Positions 9,399 through 21,028 of a stretch of 58,995 nt of DNA are shown in pieces. Source of the DNA: a bacterium (GTDB lineage: Bacteria; Bacillota; Clostridia; Oscillospirales; CAG-272); NCBI GenBank assembly GCA_963642885.1, contig CAVIJI010000010.1:4958-63952 (forward strand), given 5' to 3'. Every line of letters begins with the position of its first letter. Within the stretch, counting starts at the first letter, position 1. The position numbers and the translations under genes are program-made. Below the pieces are notes generated by a model. That model worked only from the letters and a program-made list of their open reading frames with translations, searched no databases and had not been told where the DNA came from.

Positions 9399-10877
9399 AT
9401 GAACGAAGACAGAATGGTTTACTGGATTTGGCTTGCCGAGCTTTTCGGCGCGGGAAGTAAGACTTTGTCAATGCTTGTGCAGAAGTATTCGGATCCTAAG
9501 CTGATTTACGATAAAAAAGCCGATGATCTTGTATGTGATGATTTTTTTACCGAAAAACGTATAGAAAATATAAAAGCAAAGCTAAAGAACGACTCTCTCG
9601 AACATGCCGAGACGATAATCGACAAATGTAATAAGCTCGGTATTTCCGTAATAACTCCCGACTGCTTCGATTATCCCGGCAAACTGAAAACAGTACGAGA
9701 TTATCCCGTGGTTTTGTATTGTCGGGGAAGACTGCCCGAGAACAGCGAACATTTTCTATGTACAATCGTCGGAACAAGAAGTATGACCGATTACGGAAGA
9801 CGCATTGCGTATACACTCGGCGCGGGAATCGTGCTCGGAGGCGGAGTCATAGTAAGCGGTATGGCTCTCGGAGCGGACAGTATGGCATTGATAGGTGCGC
9901 TTGAATCGGGTGGAAGTGTTATAGCGGTACTCGGTTCGGGCGTGGACGTCATATACCCGCATGAACACAGTGAACTATATCAGAGAATTATAAAAAACGG
10001 TGCCGTGATATCCGAATATCCTCCGGGAACACCTCCGTCGGGAAGAAATTTCCCCGTAAGAAACCGTATAATGAGCGGACTGTCCGATGCAACGGTAGTT
10101 GTCGAAGCCGACATGCAGAGCGGAGCACTTATAACAGCGAGGTTGTGTCTCGAACAGGGAAGAAGACTTTTTGCCGTTCCCGGAAAAGTCGGAGATATCG
10201 GCGCGGAAGGCCCGAACAGCCTTATAAGAGAAGGAGCGCTTCCCGTTTTGACTCCCGAGGATGTGTTAACCGAGTTTACCCACGATTACAGAAAAACATT
10301 AAGTGTTGACCGTGCACATTCGCTTTTAAAGGGCGTAAATTTCGAAAATCTGTCTAAAGATGCCATGTCACGTACGAGGATAGGTACGGGTGTGGGAAAC
10401 AGAAATTATTACGGTGTCGGAAGCTACGGCGGCAGACTCGATGAATACGAAAAAGAAAATCGGCATGTTTCCGATGATACGGCGAAGCAAGGCGGTAACA
10501 CGCAAAAAAATGTATCCGAAGAAAAAGTAAAGGTAAAGGATGATAAATCCGAAAAGAGCATAGCGTCTTTTTTCAGTCGGAAAAAAGCCGATGATATAAT
10601 AAAAAAAGAGAAACAAATTGTAAATTCTGATAAAAATTTCATTCCGTCTAAAAAAATAGAGCTTGATATGCTTGATGAAACCGAAATCAAGGTATATAAT
10701 AGAATGAAACCCAATGTCCCGATACTTCCGGATGAACTCGCAAACGGCGAACAGAGCGTCTCCGATGTAATGAGTGCGCTTACAATATTGGAAATGGCGG
10801 GAGCTGTCGAGTCGGGCGGAGGCGGATATTATATGCGTGTTTCTCCCGACGATATTATGCAGTCACAAAACGATTAA
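9399..10877 (+). CDS. dprA: DNA-processing protein DprA (Smf) with a long Lys-rich linker
   Basis: 492 aa. Rossmann-like block VSGMALGADSMALIGALESGG...FPVRNRIMSGL and a C-terminal winged-helix-like end. Confidence 0.85.
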   Translation: MNEDRMVYWIWLAELFGAGSKTLSMLVQKYSDPKLIYDKKADDLVCDDFFTEKRIENIKAKLKNDSLEHAETIIDKCNKLGISVITPDCFDYPGKLKTVRDYPVVLYCRGRLPENSEHFLCTIVGTRSMTDYGRRIAYTLGAGIVLGGGVIVSGMALGADSMALIGALESGGSVIAVLGSGVDVIYPHEHSELYQRIIKNGAVISEYPPGTPPSGRNFPVRNRIMSGLSDATVVVEADMQSGALITARLCLEQGRRLFAVPGKVGDIGAEGPNSLIREGALPVLTPEDVLTEFTHDYRKTLSVDRAHSLLKGVNFENLSKDAMSRTRIGTGVGNRNYYGVGSYGGRLDEYEKENRHVSDDTAKQGGNTQKNVSEEKVKVKDDKSEKSIASFFSRKKADDIIKKEKQIVNSDKNFIPSKKIELDMLDETEIKVYNRMKPNVPILPDELANGEQSVSDVMSALTILEMAGAVESGGGGYYMRVSPDDIMQSQND

Positions 10878-10900
10878 TATTTTTAACAGGGGTAGACCTG

Positions 10901-13186
10901 ATGGTAAATCTTGTAATAATGGAATCTCCCACAAAGGCAAGCACGGTGAAGAGCTATCTCGGCTCATCATACAAGGTGGTTGCGTCAAAGGGACATGTCC
11001 GTGACCTTCCGAAATCAACACTCGGAATCGATGTAGACAATAATTTCGAAGCACATTATATAAATATAAGAGGAAAAGGCGATCTCATCAAAGAACTGAA
11101 AAAAGAAGTCAAGAATGCCGACCGAATTTTCCTCGCAACAGACCCCGACCGTGAAGGAGAAGCCATTGCGTGGCATCTCATCACGGCTCTCGGTATTCCT
11201 CAGGAAAAAGCCAATCGTGTTACATTCAACTCGGTTACAAAGGCGGTTGTCAAAGAAGGAATCAAGCACCCGAGAGCTATCGACATGAATATTGTCAATG
11301 CCCAGCAGGCACGAAGAATTCTCGACAGAATTGTCGGCTATAAGCTTTCTCCGTTTCTCTGGAAAACCGTTAAAAGCGGTCTTTCAGCGGGCAGAGTACA
11401 GTCGGTAAGTACAAGAATAATAGTTGACCGTGAAAACGAAATACGAGCTTTTGTACCCGAGGAATATTGGACGATAGAAGCGGTCATAGTTACCGAAGAC
11501 GGCAGAAAAATCCAGACAAAGCTTTACGGACTCGAGTCCGATGATAAGAAGTTGACTGTGAGCAACGCCGATGATGCCGAAACGATTTACAATGCGGTAA
11601 ACGGCAAGAATTTTGTTGTATCCGATATAAAGCTCGGCAAAAAGCTGAAAAATCCGTCCCCGCCGTTTACAACATCCACTTTACAGCAGGAAGCGTCGAG
11701 AAAATTAAATTATCAATCTCAAAGAACGATGAAGATCGCGCAGGAGCTGTATGAAGGTATGAACCTCGGCTCCGAATTCGGCGGAGTGCAGGGCCTTATC
11801 ACATATATGCGTACAGACTCCATGAGAATTTCGGATGAAGCAAGAGACGCGGCGAAAACATTCATAACCGAAAAGTACGGAGAGGAATATTACCCCAAAA
11901 CACCTCGTGTATATAAATCCAAAGGCAATAATGTACAGGATGCGCATGAGGCGATTCGTCCGTCTAACCTCAACCTCGAGCCTTCCGCTATTAAGAAAGC
12001 ACTCACTCCCGAACAATATAAACTGTATAAGCTCATATGGGACAGATTTATCGCAAGCCAAATGCAGTCGGCCGAGCTGTCAACAGTGCAGATAGACTTT
12101 TTGTGTGAAGGTTATATTTTCAGAACAAGCGGATATACGGTAAAGTTCCCCGGATATATGGCTCTTTATGAGGAATCGTCAGACGAGAAAAACAACGATG
12201 ACGAAAATGTCAAGCTGCCCGAGTTAACCAAAGACGATGTACTGAAATCCGAAAGTATAAAGCCGATACAGCATTTCACGGAACCGCCGGCAAGATATAA
12301 CGACGCTACCCTCGTAAAATATCTCGAAGAAAAGGGCATAGGCCGTCCGAGCACATACGCGACAATAATTACCACGATAATATCCCGCGGATATGTTAAA
12401 CGAGACGGTAAACAGCTTGTACCCACGCCGCTCGGAGAGATAACGACGAACCTTATGTGTGAAAATTTCCCCGATATCGTGGACTGTAAGTTTACGGCTT
12501 ATATGGAAAGTCGTCTCGACGATATCGAAAGCGGAAAAACCACGATGCTTGATGTTATTTCGGACTTCTATAAGAGTTTCAGTACCGAGCTCGAGGAAGC
12601 GCTTAAGAATGTTTCCGACCGCGAGATAGAGCTTCCCGTTGAGGAAACGGATATAATCTGTGAGCATTGCGGCAGCCGTATGATAGTTAAGAACGGACGA
12701 TTCGGCAAGTTCGCCGCATGTCCGAATTATCCCGCATGCAAAAATACGAAGCCCCTGCAGAAAAACGGCGACAGTCTGGTAGAGAAAAAGGCTGAAAAGA
12801 CAGATATGAAGTGTGAGCTGTGCGGAGCGGACATGATACTGCGCACAGGAAAATACGGCTCGTTTTACGCATGCTCGAGATATCCCGAATGTAAGTATAC
12901 AAAGCAGAAGGTAAAACCGCTCGGTGTGAAGTGTCCCGAATGCGGTTCCGATATAGTAACGAAATACGGCAGGAATAAAACCGTGTTTTACAGCTGTTCG
13001 CGCTACCCCGAGTGCCAGTTTTCATCATGGGACATGCCGACAAACGAGAAATGTCCCAAATGCGGAGGAATGCTGTACCGCAAAAAAGGTAAAAATCAGC
13101 TGATATGCAAGAAGGATAACTGCGATTATAAAGCGGATATACAAGCAGAGGAAAACACCAGCGGAGAGGCCGAAAATGACGAATAA
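10901..13186 (+). CDS. topA: DNA topoisomerase I
   Basis: 761 aa. Toprim MESPTKA and [12 protein letters not shown], active-site region YMRTDS, and C-terminal Cys4 zinc ribbons. Confidence 0.95.
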   Translation: MVNLVIMESPTKASTVKSYLGSSYKVVASKGHVRDLPKSTLGIDVDNNFEAHYINIRGKGDLIKELKKEVKNADRIFLATDPDREGEAIAWHLITALGIPQEKANRVTFNSVTKAVVKEGIKHPRAIDMNIVNAQQARRILDRIVGYKLSPFLWKTVKSGLSAGRVQSVSTRIIVDRENEIRAFVPEEYWTIEAVIVTEDGRKIQTKLYGLESDDKKLTVSNADDAETIYNAVNGKNFVVSDIKLGKKLKNPSPPFTTSTLQQEASRKLNYQSQRTMKIAQELYEGMNLGSEFGGVQGLITYMRTDSMRISDEARDAAKTFITEKYGEEYYPKTPRVYKSKGNNVQDAHEAIRPSNLNLEPSAIKKALTPEQYKLYKLIWDRFIASQMQSAELSTVQIDFLCEGYIFRTSGYTVKFPGYMALYEESSDEKNNDDENVKLPELTKDDVLKSESIKPIQHFTEPPARYNDATLVKYLEEKGIGRPSTYATIITTIISRGYVKRDGKQLVPTPLGEITTNLMCENFPDIVDCKFTAYMESRLDDIESGKTTMLDVISDFYKSFSTELEEALKNVSDREIELPVEETDIICEHCGSRMIVKNGRFGKFAACPNYPACKNTKPLQKNGDSLVEKKAEKTDMKCELCGADMILRTGKYGSFYACSRYPECKYTKQKVKPLGVKCPECGSDIVTKYGRNKTVFYSCSRYPECQFSSWDMPTNEKCPKCGGMLYRKKGKNQLICKKDNCDYKADIQAEENTSGEAENDE

Positions 13187-14504
13187 TATTAATGTTTACG
13201 GCGCGGGACTTGCGGGAAGCGAAGCGGCATGGCAGGCATCACATCACGGAGTTCATGTTACGCTGTATGAAATGAAGCCTCGGAAAAAATCTCCTGCGCA
13301 TCACAGTGATACGTTTGCGGAATTGGTATGTTCAAATTCCCTGCGTTCGGCCGAGCTTACAAACGGTGTAGGACTTCTGAAGGAAGAACTCAGAAGGATG
13401 GATTCGCTTGTTATGGAAGCCGCATACGCCTCCAGAGTTTCGGCAGGCGGAGCTCTTGCGGTTGACAGAGATTTGTTTTCGGGATATATCACCGAAAAAA
13501 TCAGAAACTGTCCGAATATCGAGGTCATCGAGCGTGAAATGACGGATATTCCCGATGATGAGGTAACCGTTGTTGCAACGGGGCCGCTGACATCAGATGC
13601 CCTTGCGGATAAAATCGCTTCTTTGATAGGCGGAAAAAGCCTGTATTTCTACGATGCCGCCGCACCTATTGTCGATTTCGAGTCGATAGATATGTCCAAG
13701 GCGTTTTTCGCATCGCGTTACGATAAGGGAACACCCGATTACATTAACTGTCCGTTTAACGAGGATGAATATAAGGCTTTTTACAATGCGCTCATAAACG
13801 CAGAGGAAGCAAAACTGCATGATTTCGAAAGCGGTGACAAGCTGAAGGTGTTCGAAGGTTGTATGCCCGTTGAAGTAATGGGCAGACGAGGAGAGGACAC
13901 ACTGCGTTTCGGCCCCATGAAGCCCGTGGGAATTAAAAATCCCGTAACCGGTGAGGAATATTACGCGGTTGTACAGCTAAGACGTGAGAATGACGCGGGA
14001 ACAATGTACAATATTGTGGGATTCCAGACACATCTTACATTCCCGGAACAACGAAGAGTTTTCCGCATGATACCGGGACTAGAGAATGCGGAGTTTTTGC
14101 GTTACGGTGTAATGCATCGCAACACATTCCTCTGTTCCCCCGATCTGCTCGATGAAGATTATTCTTTCAGACAAAACAAGAATATATTTTTCGCGGGACA
14201 GATGACGGGTGTCGAAGGGTACATCGAATCCGCGGCGTCAGGTTTTGTTGCGGGTATTAATGCCGCACTTAGGGCAAAGGGCGGAGAGAGTTATATTTTC
14301 CCGAAGGAAACCATGATAGGCGCAATGGCTTATTATATTTCTCACGGAGAAAAAACTCTTTTTCAGCCGATGAACGCCAATTTCGGCGTAATGCCGTCAC
14401 TTGACCAAAAGGTAAAGGGCGGCAAAAAGGCTCGAAACGAAGCTTATTCGGCACGTGCGCTTGAAAAAAGCGATGAAATAGTCAATACAGTAAAGAATTT
14501 ATAA
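13176..14504 (+). CDS. trmFO: methylenetetrahydrofolate--tRNA-(uracil-5-)-methyltransferase
   Basis: 442 aa. FAD motif [12 protein letters not shown]. Classic dprA-topA-trmFO synteny. Overlaps the topA stop by 11 nt. Confidence 0.9.
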   Translation: MTNNINVYGAGLAGSEAAWQASHHGVHVTLYEMKPRKKSPAHHSDTFAELVCSNSLRSAELTNGVGLLKEELRRMDSLVMEAAYASRVSAGGALAVDRDLFSGYITEKIRNCPNIEVIEREMTDIPDDEVTVVATGPLTSDALADKIASLIGGKSLYFYDAAAPIVDFESIDMSKAFFASRYDKGTPDYINCPFNEDEYKAFYNALINAEEAKLHDFESGDKLKVFEGCMPVEVMGRRGEDTLRFGPMKPVGIKNPVTGEEYYAVVQLRRENDAGTMYNIVGFQTHLTFPEQRRVFRMIPGLENAEFLRYGVMHRNTFLCSPDLLDEDYSFRQNKNIFFAGQMTGVEGYIESAASGFVAGINAALRAKGGESYIFPKETMIGAMAYYISHGEKTLFQPMNANFGVMPSLDQKVKGGKKARNEAYSARALEKSDEIVNTVKNL

Positions 14505-14523
14505 ATATAGTCGGTAACAGATA

Positions 14524-15513
14524 ATGAAAATAATTATTGATGCAATGGGTGGGGACAACGCCCCGTTTGAGATTGTCAAAGGAGCTTGCCTCGCATCCGA
14601 AAAATATAAATCAAAGCTTGTTTTAGTCGGAGATAAACCGAAAATAGAATCATGTATGAAACAGCTGGATGCCGATTTCAGGATAATCGATATTGTCCAT
14701 ACCGATGTACAGATTACGATGGAAGACGATCCGCTTGTTGTGGTGAGGGGTAAAAAGGATTCATCGATGACAGTCGGATTGAATCTGCTCAGAGATGACG
14801 GCGATGCATTTATCTCGGCAGGCAATACAGGTGCTCTTCATGTCGGTTCATCATTGATAATACGTACGATTAAAGGTGTTCAGCGCTCCGGAATAGCGAC
14901 GATAATTCCGTTTGAAAGACCTGTTCTCCTGATGGATTCCGGTGCGAATGTCAATGTTACCGCAGATTACCTTGTTCAATGGGCACATATGGGACGCATA
15001 TACATGAAAAATGTCATGGGCATAGATTCTCCCACAGTAGGTCTGTTGAACAACGGAGCCGAAGAACACAAGGGAACACAGATACAGATTGATGCGTACC
15101 AGAAGTTGAAAAACGATGCCAATATAAATTTTGTGGGTAATATTGAGGGTAAGGAATTGCCGAGTGCACCTTGTGATGTACTTGTTACCGACGGATTCAC
15201 GGGCAATGTCACATTGAAGCTGATCGAAGGCGTATCCAAATACTTCTTCGGATGCATGAAGAACATTTTTACGGCTAATCTGGCAACAAAAATGGCATAT
15301 CTTGCGATGAAGGAACAGCTGCGTGATATGAAGCACAGCTTTGATGCGTCCGAATACGGAGGAGCACCCCTTTTGGGATTGCAGAAGCCGGTGATTAAGG
15401 CGCACGGAAGCGCAGATGCCAAGGCGATAATGAACTCGGTAAGACAGGCGGAAGCGTTTATTAAGACAGGTGTTATCGATGAAATTAACACTGCAATGAA
15501 TGTCGGCAAGTGA
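14524..15513 (+). CDS. plsX: phosphate acyltransferase PlsX
   Basis: 329 aa. MKIIIDAMGGDNAP N-terminus and the SAGNTGA block. Confidence 0.9.
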   Translation: MKIIIDAMGGDNAPFEIVKGACLASEKYKSKLVLVGDKPKIESCMKQLDADFRIIDIVHTDVQITMEDDPLVVVRGKKDSSMTVGLNLLRDDGDAFISAGNTGALHVGSSLIIRTIKGVQRSGIATIIPFERPVLLMDSGANVNVTADYLVQWAHMGRIYMKNVMGIDSPTVGLLNNGAEEHKGTQIQIDAYQKLKNDANINFVGNIEGKELPSAPCDVLVTDGFTGNVTLKLIEGVSKYFFGCMKNIFTANLATKMAYLAMKEQLRDMKHSFDASEYGGAPLLGLQKPVIKAHGSADAKAIMNSVRQAEAFIKTGVIDEINTAMNVGK

Positions 15514-15549
15514 AGAATACATTAATGAGATAAAAAATCGGGTATAAAA

Positions 15550-16266
15550 ATGAATATACGACAAAAACCAATCAGTGAACTCGAAAAAAAGATAGGATAT
15601 ACATTCAAAAATAAGGAAATAATAACGGTTGCGCTTACACATTCGTCTTACTCGAATGAAATGAAATCTCACGGCGAAAAGGTTCAATTTAATGAAAGAC
15701 TTGAATTTTTAGGCGATTCGGTTCTTTCTATTATCGTAAGCTCATATATTTTCGAGAAATACAAAAATAAGCAAGAGGGAGATTTAACGAAGATCCGAGC
15801 TGCTGTTGTATGTGAGAAGGCTCTGTCGAAATTTGCCTCTATGATTGAGCTCGGAGACTATATGTACCTCGGACATGGCGAGGAGATAAATAACGGCAGA
15901 AAACGTCCGTCGATAACCGCCGATGCGTTTGAGGCTCTTCTTGCGGCTATTTATATTGACAGCGGTGAGAATTTTGATGAAGTCGGTAAATTCCTTTTAC
16001 CGTTTGTTTCGGAGGAAATCGAATTTATTACCGAGACGGGAGTATTTGTCGACTACAAAACTTCACTTCAGCAGATTGTTCAGCAGGTAAATACCGAAAA
16101 ACTCGAATATGTCCTTGTAGGTGAAAGCGGCCCCGATCACAATAAAAAGTTCAGTGTGGAAGCACGACTTAACAGTAATGTAATCGGACGCGGTGAAGGA
16201 AAGACCAAGAGAGAAGCCGAACAAAAAGCGGCACATGAGGCTTTGGTTCTGTTCGGCGAGGCGTAA
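15550..16266 (+). CDS. rnc: ribonuclease III
   Basis: 238 aa. Signature ERLEFLGDSVL and a C-terminal dsRBD (GEGKTKREAEQKAA). Confidence 0.95.
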   Translation: MNIRQKPISELEKKIGYTFKNKEIITVALTHSSYSNEMKSHGEKVQFNERLEFLGDSVLSIIVSSYIFEKYKNKQEGDLTKIRAAVVCEKALSKFASMIELGDYMYLGHGEEINNGRKRPSITADAFEALLAAIYIDSGENFDEVGKFLLPFVSEEIEFITETGVFVDYKTSLQQIVQQVNTEKLEYVLVGESGPDHNKKFSVEARLNSNVIGRGEGKTKREAEQKAAHEALVLFGEA

Positions 16267-16289
16267 GCCTGTTCCTTTTGAATTTTAAT

Positions 16290-17306
16290 ATGAAGAATAA
16301 CCATGTAAACATACCCGTGTTCATTCCTCATCTCGGATGCCCGAATATGTGTGTTTTTTGTAATCAGCGCGCTATTTCGGGTGTTTCTTCTTTTATTCCG
16401 GATATGGCAGAGGAAGTAATCGAAACGGTTCTTTCATCACTGCACGATAAAGAACAGAACACGGAAATCGCTTTTTTCGGCGGTTCGTTCACGGGAATCG
16501 ACAGAGAGCTTATGATATCTCTTCTGGATCTCGCACAGAGCTATGTCGATGACGGAGCGGTATCGGGCATAAGAATGTCAACACGTCCAGATTATATCGA
16601 TGAGGAAATCATCGGTATACTGAAAAATTATACGATAAAAGCGGTTGAACTCGGAATACAGTCAACCTCCGATAAAGTGCTTACGGCATCCAAACGAGGA
16701 CATACGAGCGGACAGTCACGTATTGCGATGGAAATGTTATCGAAGGCGGGGATTACAACCGTCGGTCAGATGATGATCGGTTTACCCTTAGCCGAGCCCG
16801 AGGATGAGATTAAAACAGCAGAGGATATCTGCAGCTGCGGTGCGGCAGGCGCGAGAATATATCCGACGATAGTTTTTCGTGATACGGAGCTGTGCGATAT
16901 GACCTTAAGATGTGAATATGCTCCGCTTTCCGTTAATCAAGCTGTTCGGAGAAGTGCGGATGTTCTTGAGGTTTTCGACAGGCACAACGTCGAATGTATA
17001 AGAATCGGTTTGTGTGACTCGGAGAATCTCCATTCGGATAAAACGTATTACGCGGGACCGAATCATCCCGCACTCGGAGAAATGATAATAAGCGAAGTTT
17101 TTTATAAAAACATTTGCAGAGCTATCGCAAAATCAGGCGGTTCCGGAGAGATCACGGTCTATGCACCGAAAGGCTCGGTATCGGCTGTCGTAGGGCATAA
17201 AAAATGCAATAAGCTGCGTCTTGCATCGGAATACGGTGTGAAGAAAATGAAAATTGTGGAGGATGACTCACTTTTCGGACATAATATCAGAGTAGATGAA
17301 AATTAA
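16290..17306 (+). CDS. radical SAM protein (ELP3-like core without an acetyltransferase domain)
   Basis: CPNMCVFC (CX3CX2C) near the N-terminus. Lies between rnc and smc. Start is ambiguous: TTG at 16278 or ATG at 16290, with no clear RBS for either. Confidence 0.8.
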   Translation: MKNNHVNIPVFIPHLGCPNMCVFCNQRAISGVSSFIPDMAEEVIETVLSSLHDKEQNTEIAFFGGSFTGIDRELMISLLDLAQSYVDDGAVSGIRMSTRPDYIDEEIIGILKNYTIKAVELGIQSTSDKVLTASKRGHTSGQSRIAMEMLSKAGITTVGQMMIGLPLAEPEDEIKTAEDICSCGAAGARIYPTIVFRDTELCDMTLRCEYAPLSVNQAVRRSADVLEVFDRHNVECIRIGLCDSENLHSDKTYYAGPNHPALGEMIISEVFYKNICRAIAKSGGSGEITVYAPKGSVSAVVGHKKCNKLRLASEYGVKKMKIVEDDSLFGHNIRVDEN

Positions 17307-17399
17307 GGATACGCCGGATATATCACCGTTTTGTGTCAAAGTTTCGACGCGAAATGTGATGCGAAAACGGCGTTATCCCGATAATCGGGGGAACAACGT

Positions 17400-20300
17400 T
17401 TGTATTTAAAATCACTTGAGCTGCACGGATTCAAATCATTTCCTGAAAAAACAACCTTGAAATTCAATAAAGGTACTACGGTTATAGTAGGACCGAACGG
17501 AAGCGGCAAGTCCAATATTACCGATGCCATGCGGTGGGTGCTCGGAGAGCTTTCATCGAAAAATATACGCGGAAGTAAAATGGAGGATGTCATTTTCGCA
17601 GGTGCGGCAGAGCAGAAGCCGATGAGCTTTGCGGAGGTTTCCGTGACTTTTGACGACAGCACGGAACCTAAAACGCTTCGATCGGAATATGACGAGGTTA
17701 CGGTTACACGTCGATATTACAGAAGCGGCGACAGCGAGTACTATATAAATAAAAAGAAATGCCGCTTAAAGGATATATACCAACTCTTCATGAATACGGG
17801 TATAGGCAGAGAAGGTTATTCCATTATCGGACAGGGTAGAATCGCGGAGATTATTTCAAAGAAAAGCGAAGAAAGACGAGGAGTTTTCGAGGAGAGTGCC
17901 GGAATAGCGAAATATCGCTTCAAAAAAAACGAATCGGAGAAAAAACTTGCGGAAACGGAAGCTAACATGGAGCGTATCGGTGACATAGAGCATGAGCTTG
18001 CATCCCGTGTAGGTCCGCTTGAAAAAGAATCCGAAAAGGCAAGAAAATACCTTGAGTTATACGGTGAAAAAAAGAAGACGGATATTTCACTGTGGATTTA
18101 CGATGCCGATAAGCTGAAAATCGCAATCGAGAAAACCGAAGCGGATACGAAGCTGTCGGCACATGAACTCGAAATCGCCGAGGATTCGATAAATGCGACC
18201 TCCGCACAGATAGAGAGACTGTACGAACAGTCACATCTCAATAAAGAAGCGTCAAGACGAAATTACGATGAAGCCGCGGCGGCTCAAAAGGGACTTTCCG
18301 ATATAGTAAGTGAAATTAAGGTTCTCGAAAAAGAAAAGCTTCACAGCGAAAATTTCCTGGAAAACGAAAAAAAACTCGCAGAAATATCGTGCGGCGGCAT
18401 AGAATCCGAAAATCAGCGTGTCTCCGAGGTTGAACAGCGTATTAATGCCATTAACCTTGATTACGAACAGACGAACAACACGTTCGGAAATATGACAGAG
18501 GAACAGAATAAGACAGTAGAACGGGTAAAAAATTATACGGACGAGCTCGAAAAACTTCTTACGGAGCAGAAGAGCGCAGAACGCGAATTAACCGATCTCA
18601 GCATAAGACTTAATGTCCTCGAAAATAATATTCGCGAACAGGAAAAGAGAAGCGAAAGCGTTGATTCGGATATCAAAAAATACAAAAGCGAAATCGAAAC
18701 ATTAGATAAAGAAGCGGCTGAGTCCGAAAAGCAGATTGCGGTTTATAAGAAAACATCGGATGAGGCTGACGAAAAGATAAAGGAACTCAATAAAAAGCTT
18801 TCCGCTTTGCGTGAAGAATATAATTCGTGCGACAGCGAGACAAGAAAAACGCAGTCGGATTATGACTCACTTGATTCGAGAATAAATGCGTTATCGAGGA
18901 TGCAGGAGCATTTTGACGGATACAACGTTTCCATCAAGCATGTTATGGGCGAAGCAAAAGCGGGACGTCTGTGCGGTATAAGAGGCCCTGTTTCATACCT
19001 CATTAAGGTTGAAAAGGAATATGTCGTGGCTATCGAAACCTCGCTCGGCGCGGCATTGCAAAATATCGTCACAGATGACGAAAATGCGGCAAAGGCATCA
19101 ATCGAATCACTTAAGAGAAATAATGCGGGCCGAGCTACGTTTTATCCCTTAACCACAATACGTGCGCAGGAGAGAAGCAGAGATTATGTCGGTCTCGAAA
19201 ACTCACGTGGCTTTGTTGGCTGGGCTGATGAGCTTGTGTCGTGCGACGACGAATATCGTGCTGTTGTGAAATCACTGCTCGCGAGAGTTGTCGTCTATGA
19301 TAATATAGATAACGCGACAGAAGCGGCAAGATCAAAAGGTTGGAAAATACGAGCGGTAACACTTGACGGTCAGCAAATCAATGCGGGAGGATCGTTTACA
19401 GGAGGACAAACAAAGCGTGACAGCGGTATGCTTTCACGTTCATCGGCGATTGAGTCACTGCATACGGAACAAGGCGAAATCGCAAAGCACCTTAATGAGT
19501 TGAAAGCCAAGCTGCGTGAAATACGCGAACAAGGTGCGCTTATTTCGGCTGACATTAAATCCGAAGAAGATCGACGCGGTTTGATCGGCGCACTTATAAG
19601 CGCGGAAAGCCGTAATTTCAGCGATGCGGACGGCAAGCGAAAAGCTTTAATCAACCTTGTCGAAAATATGGAAAGCGACAGGAAAAACCTCGATAAAACA
19701 AGCAGAACCAATGATGACAGCTTGAAAACAATTAATGAAATGATTGAGGTTAAAAAGGCCAATGCGGCGGATATATCCGAAAAGCGCGATGAAATCGCCT
19801 CGCTGCGCGGTGAGGCGGAGCTTGAGGCGGATGAGAGAGAAGATAAAATAAACGAAATTAAAATTCATCTCGCCGAGCTTTCGAAAGATAAGGAAGCAGC
19901 GGAAAATCTATTATCCGAGGCAAAAGAACGTTTAAGAAGTCACCGTATCGAATACGAAGCTCACAACGAAGCCGTGGCGGAGCATGAAGGTAAAATCAAA
20001 ACCATCGACGATACTATATCGGATAAGAACGCTGCCGAGGAACAGCTGAGGGTTCAAATCGACGAGCTCCGAAAAAAACAAAAATCTCTTGAGGAAAGCG
20101 GAGATAAGATCGATACACAGCTGACGTCATTGAGACAGACGGAAAAAGAACAAAACGCAAAGAAAGAGCTTGTGTTTATAGCACACTCAAAGAACGAAAC
20201 AAAGCTTTCGTCACTACAGGAGAATGCCCAAAAGCTAAACGCGAAGATGTGGGAGGAGTATGAGCTGACATACTCTGCGGCGGTAAAATATTCCGATGAA

Positions 20301-21011
20301 AACGATTGTCACATAATCGAGGACGGTGAGAGGGCGCAATTCCAAAACCTGCAAAATGAATACAGGAGTAAAATCAAAGCTCTCGGACACGTGAATGTCG
20401 ATTCGATTGAAGAATACACGGATGTAAAGAAGCGATACGAATACATAAAAACACAGCTTACGGACCTTCGGGCATCAAGAGAAGATTTGCTGACGATTCT
20501 CGGCGGCATCGAAGACGATATGAAGCGTATTTTCATCGAAGCATTCGAGAAAATCAATAAGTATTTCGGAGAAGTCTTTCGTGAGCTGTTCGGGGGCGGA
20601 CATGCGGAGGTAATACTTACGGATCCGCAAAACGCGCTTGAATCCGGTATCGAAATTAACGCCGCGCCTCCGGGAAAGACAATTAAAAATCTTAATCTGC
20701 TTTCGGGCGGAGAACAAGCATTTATTGCCATAGCTTTGTTGTTTGCGTTAATTAAGGTAAATCCGTCTCCGTTCTGTATATTCGATGAAATCGAAGCGGC
20801 ACTTGATGAAGTGAATGTAACAAGAGTTGGCAGATATATAAAAAAATACTCCGACGAAATGCAAATCATAATGATATCACACAGACGCGGTACTATGGAT
20901 ATTGCGGATACGCTTTATGGTGTAACAATGCAGCAGAGCGGTATTTCGAAAGTGTTTACGCTCGGTATGGGAGAAAATCACGATAATCTGCTTGCGGAAA
21001 AAAATAAATAA
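17400..21011 (+). CDS. smc: chromosome segregation protein SMC
   Basis: 1203 aa. TTG start after GGGGGA. Walker A GPNGSGKSN, long coiled coils, hinge, LSGGEQ signature, Walker B CIFDEIEAALD. Confidence 0.95.
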   Translation: MYLKSLELHGFKSFPEKTTLKFNKGTTVIVGPNGSGKSNITDAMRWVLGELSSKNIRGSKMEDVIFAGAAEQKPMSFAEVSVTFDDSTEPKTLRSEYDEVTVTRRYYRSGDSEYYINKKKCRLKDIYQLFMNTGIGREGYSIIGQGRIAEIISKKSEERRGVFEESAGIAKYRFKKNESEKKLAETEANMERIGDIEHELASRVGPLEKESEKARKYLELYGEKKKTDISLWIYDADKLKIAIEKTEADTKLSAHELEIAEDSINATSAQIERLYEQSHLNKEASRRNYDEAAAAQKGLSDIVSEIKVLEKEKLHSENFLENEKKLAEISCGGIESENQRVSEVEQRINAINLDYEQTNNTFGNMTEEQNKTVERVKNYTDELEKLLTEQKSAERELTDLSIRLNVLENNIREQEKRSESVDSDIKKYKSEIETLDKEAAESEKQIAVYKKTSDEADEKIKELNKKLSALREEYNSCDSETRKTQSDYDSLDSRINALSRMQEHFDGYNVSIKHVMGEAKAGRLCGIRGPVSYLIKVEKEYVVAIETSLGAALQNIVTDDENAAKASIESLKRNNAGRATFYPLTTIRAQERSRDYVGLENSRGFVGWADELVSCDDEYRAVVKSLLARVVVYDNIDNATEAARSKGWKIRAVTLDGQQINAGGSFTGGQTKRDSGMLSRSSAIESLHTEQGEIAKHLNELKAKLREIREQGALISADIKSEEDRRGLIGALISAESRNFSDADGKRKALINLVENMESDRKNLDKTSRTNDDSLKTINEMIEVKKANAADISEKRDEIASLRGEAELEADEREDKINEIKIHLAELSKDKEAAENLLSEAKERLRSHRIEYEAHNEAVAEHEGKIKTIDDTISDKNAAEEQLRVQIDELRKKQKSLEESGDKIDTQLTSLRQTEKEQNAKKELVFIAHSKNETKLSSLQENAQKLNAKMWEEYELTYSAAVKYSDENDCHIIEDGERAQFQNLQNEYRSKIKALGHVNVDSIEEYTDVKKRYEYIKTQLTDLRASREDLLTILGGIEDDMKRIFIEAFEKINKYFGEVFRELFGGGHAEVILTDPQNALESGIEINAAPPGKTIKNLNLLSGGEQAFIAIALLFALIKVNPSPFCIFDEIEAALDEVNVTRVGRYIKKYSDEMQIIMISHRRGTMDIADTLYGVTMQQSGISKVFTLGMGENHDNLLAEKNK

Positions 21012-21028
21012 GTATATGAGGATAGTGT

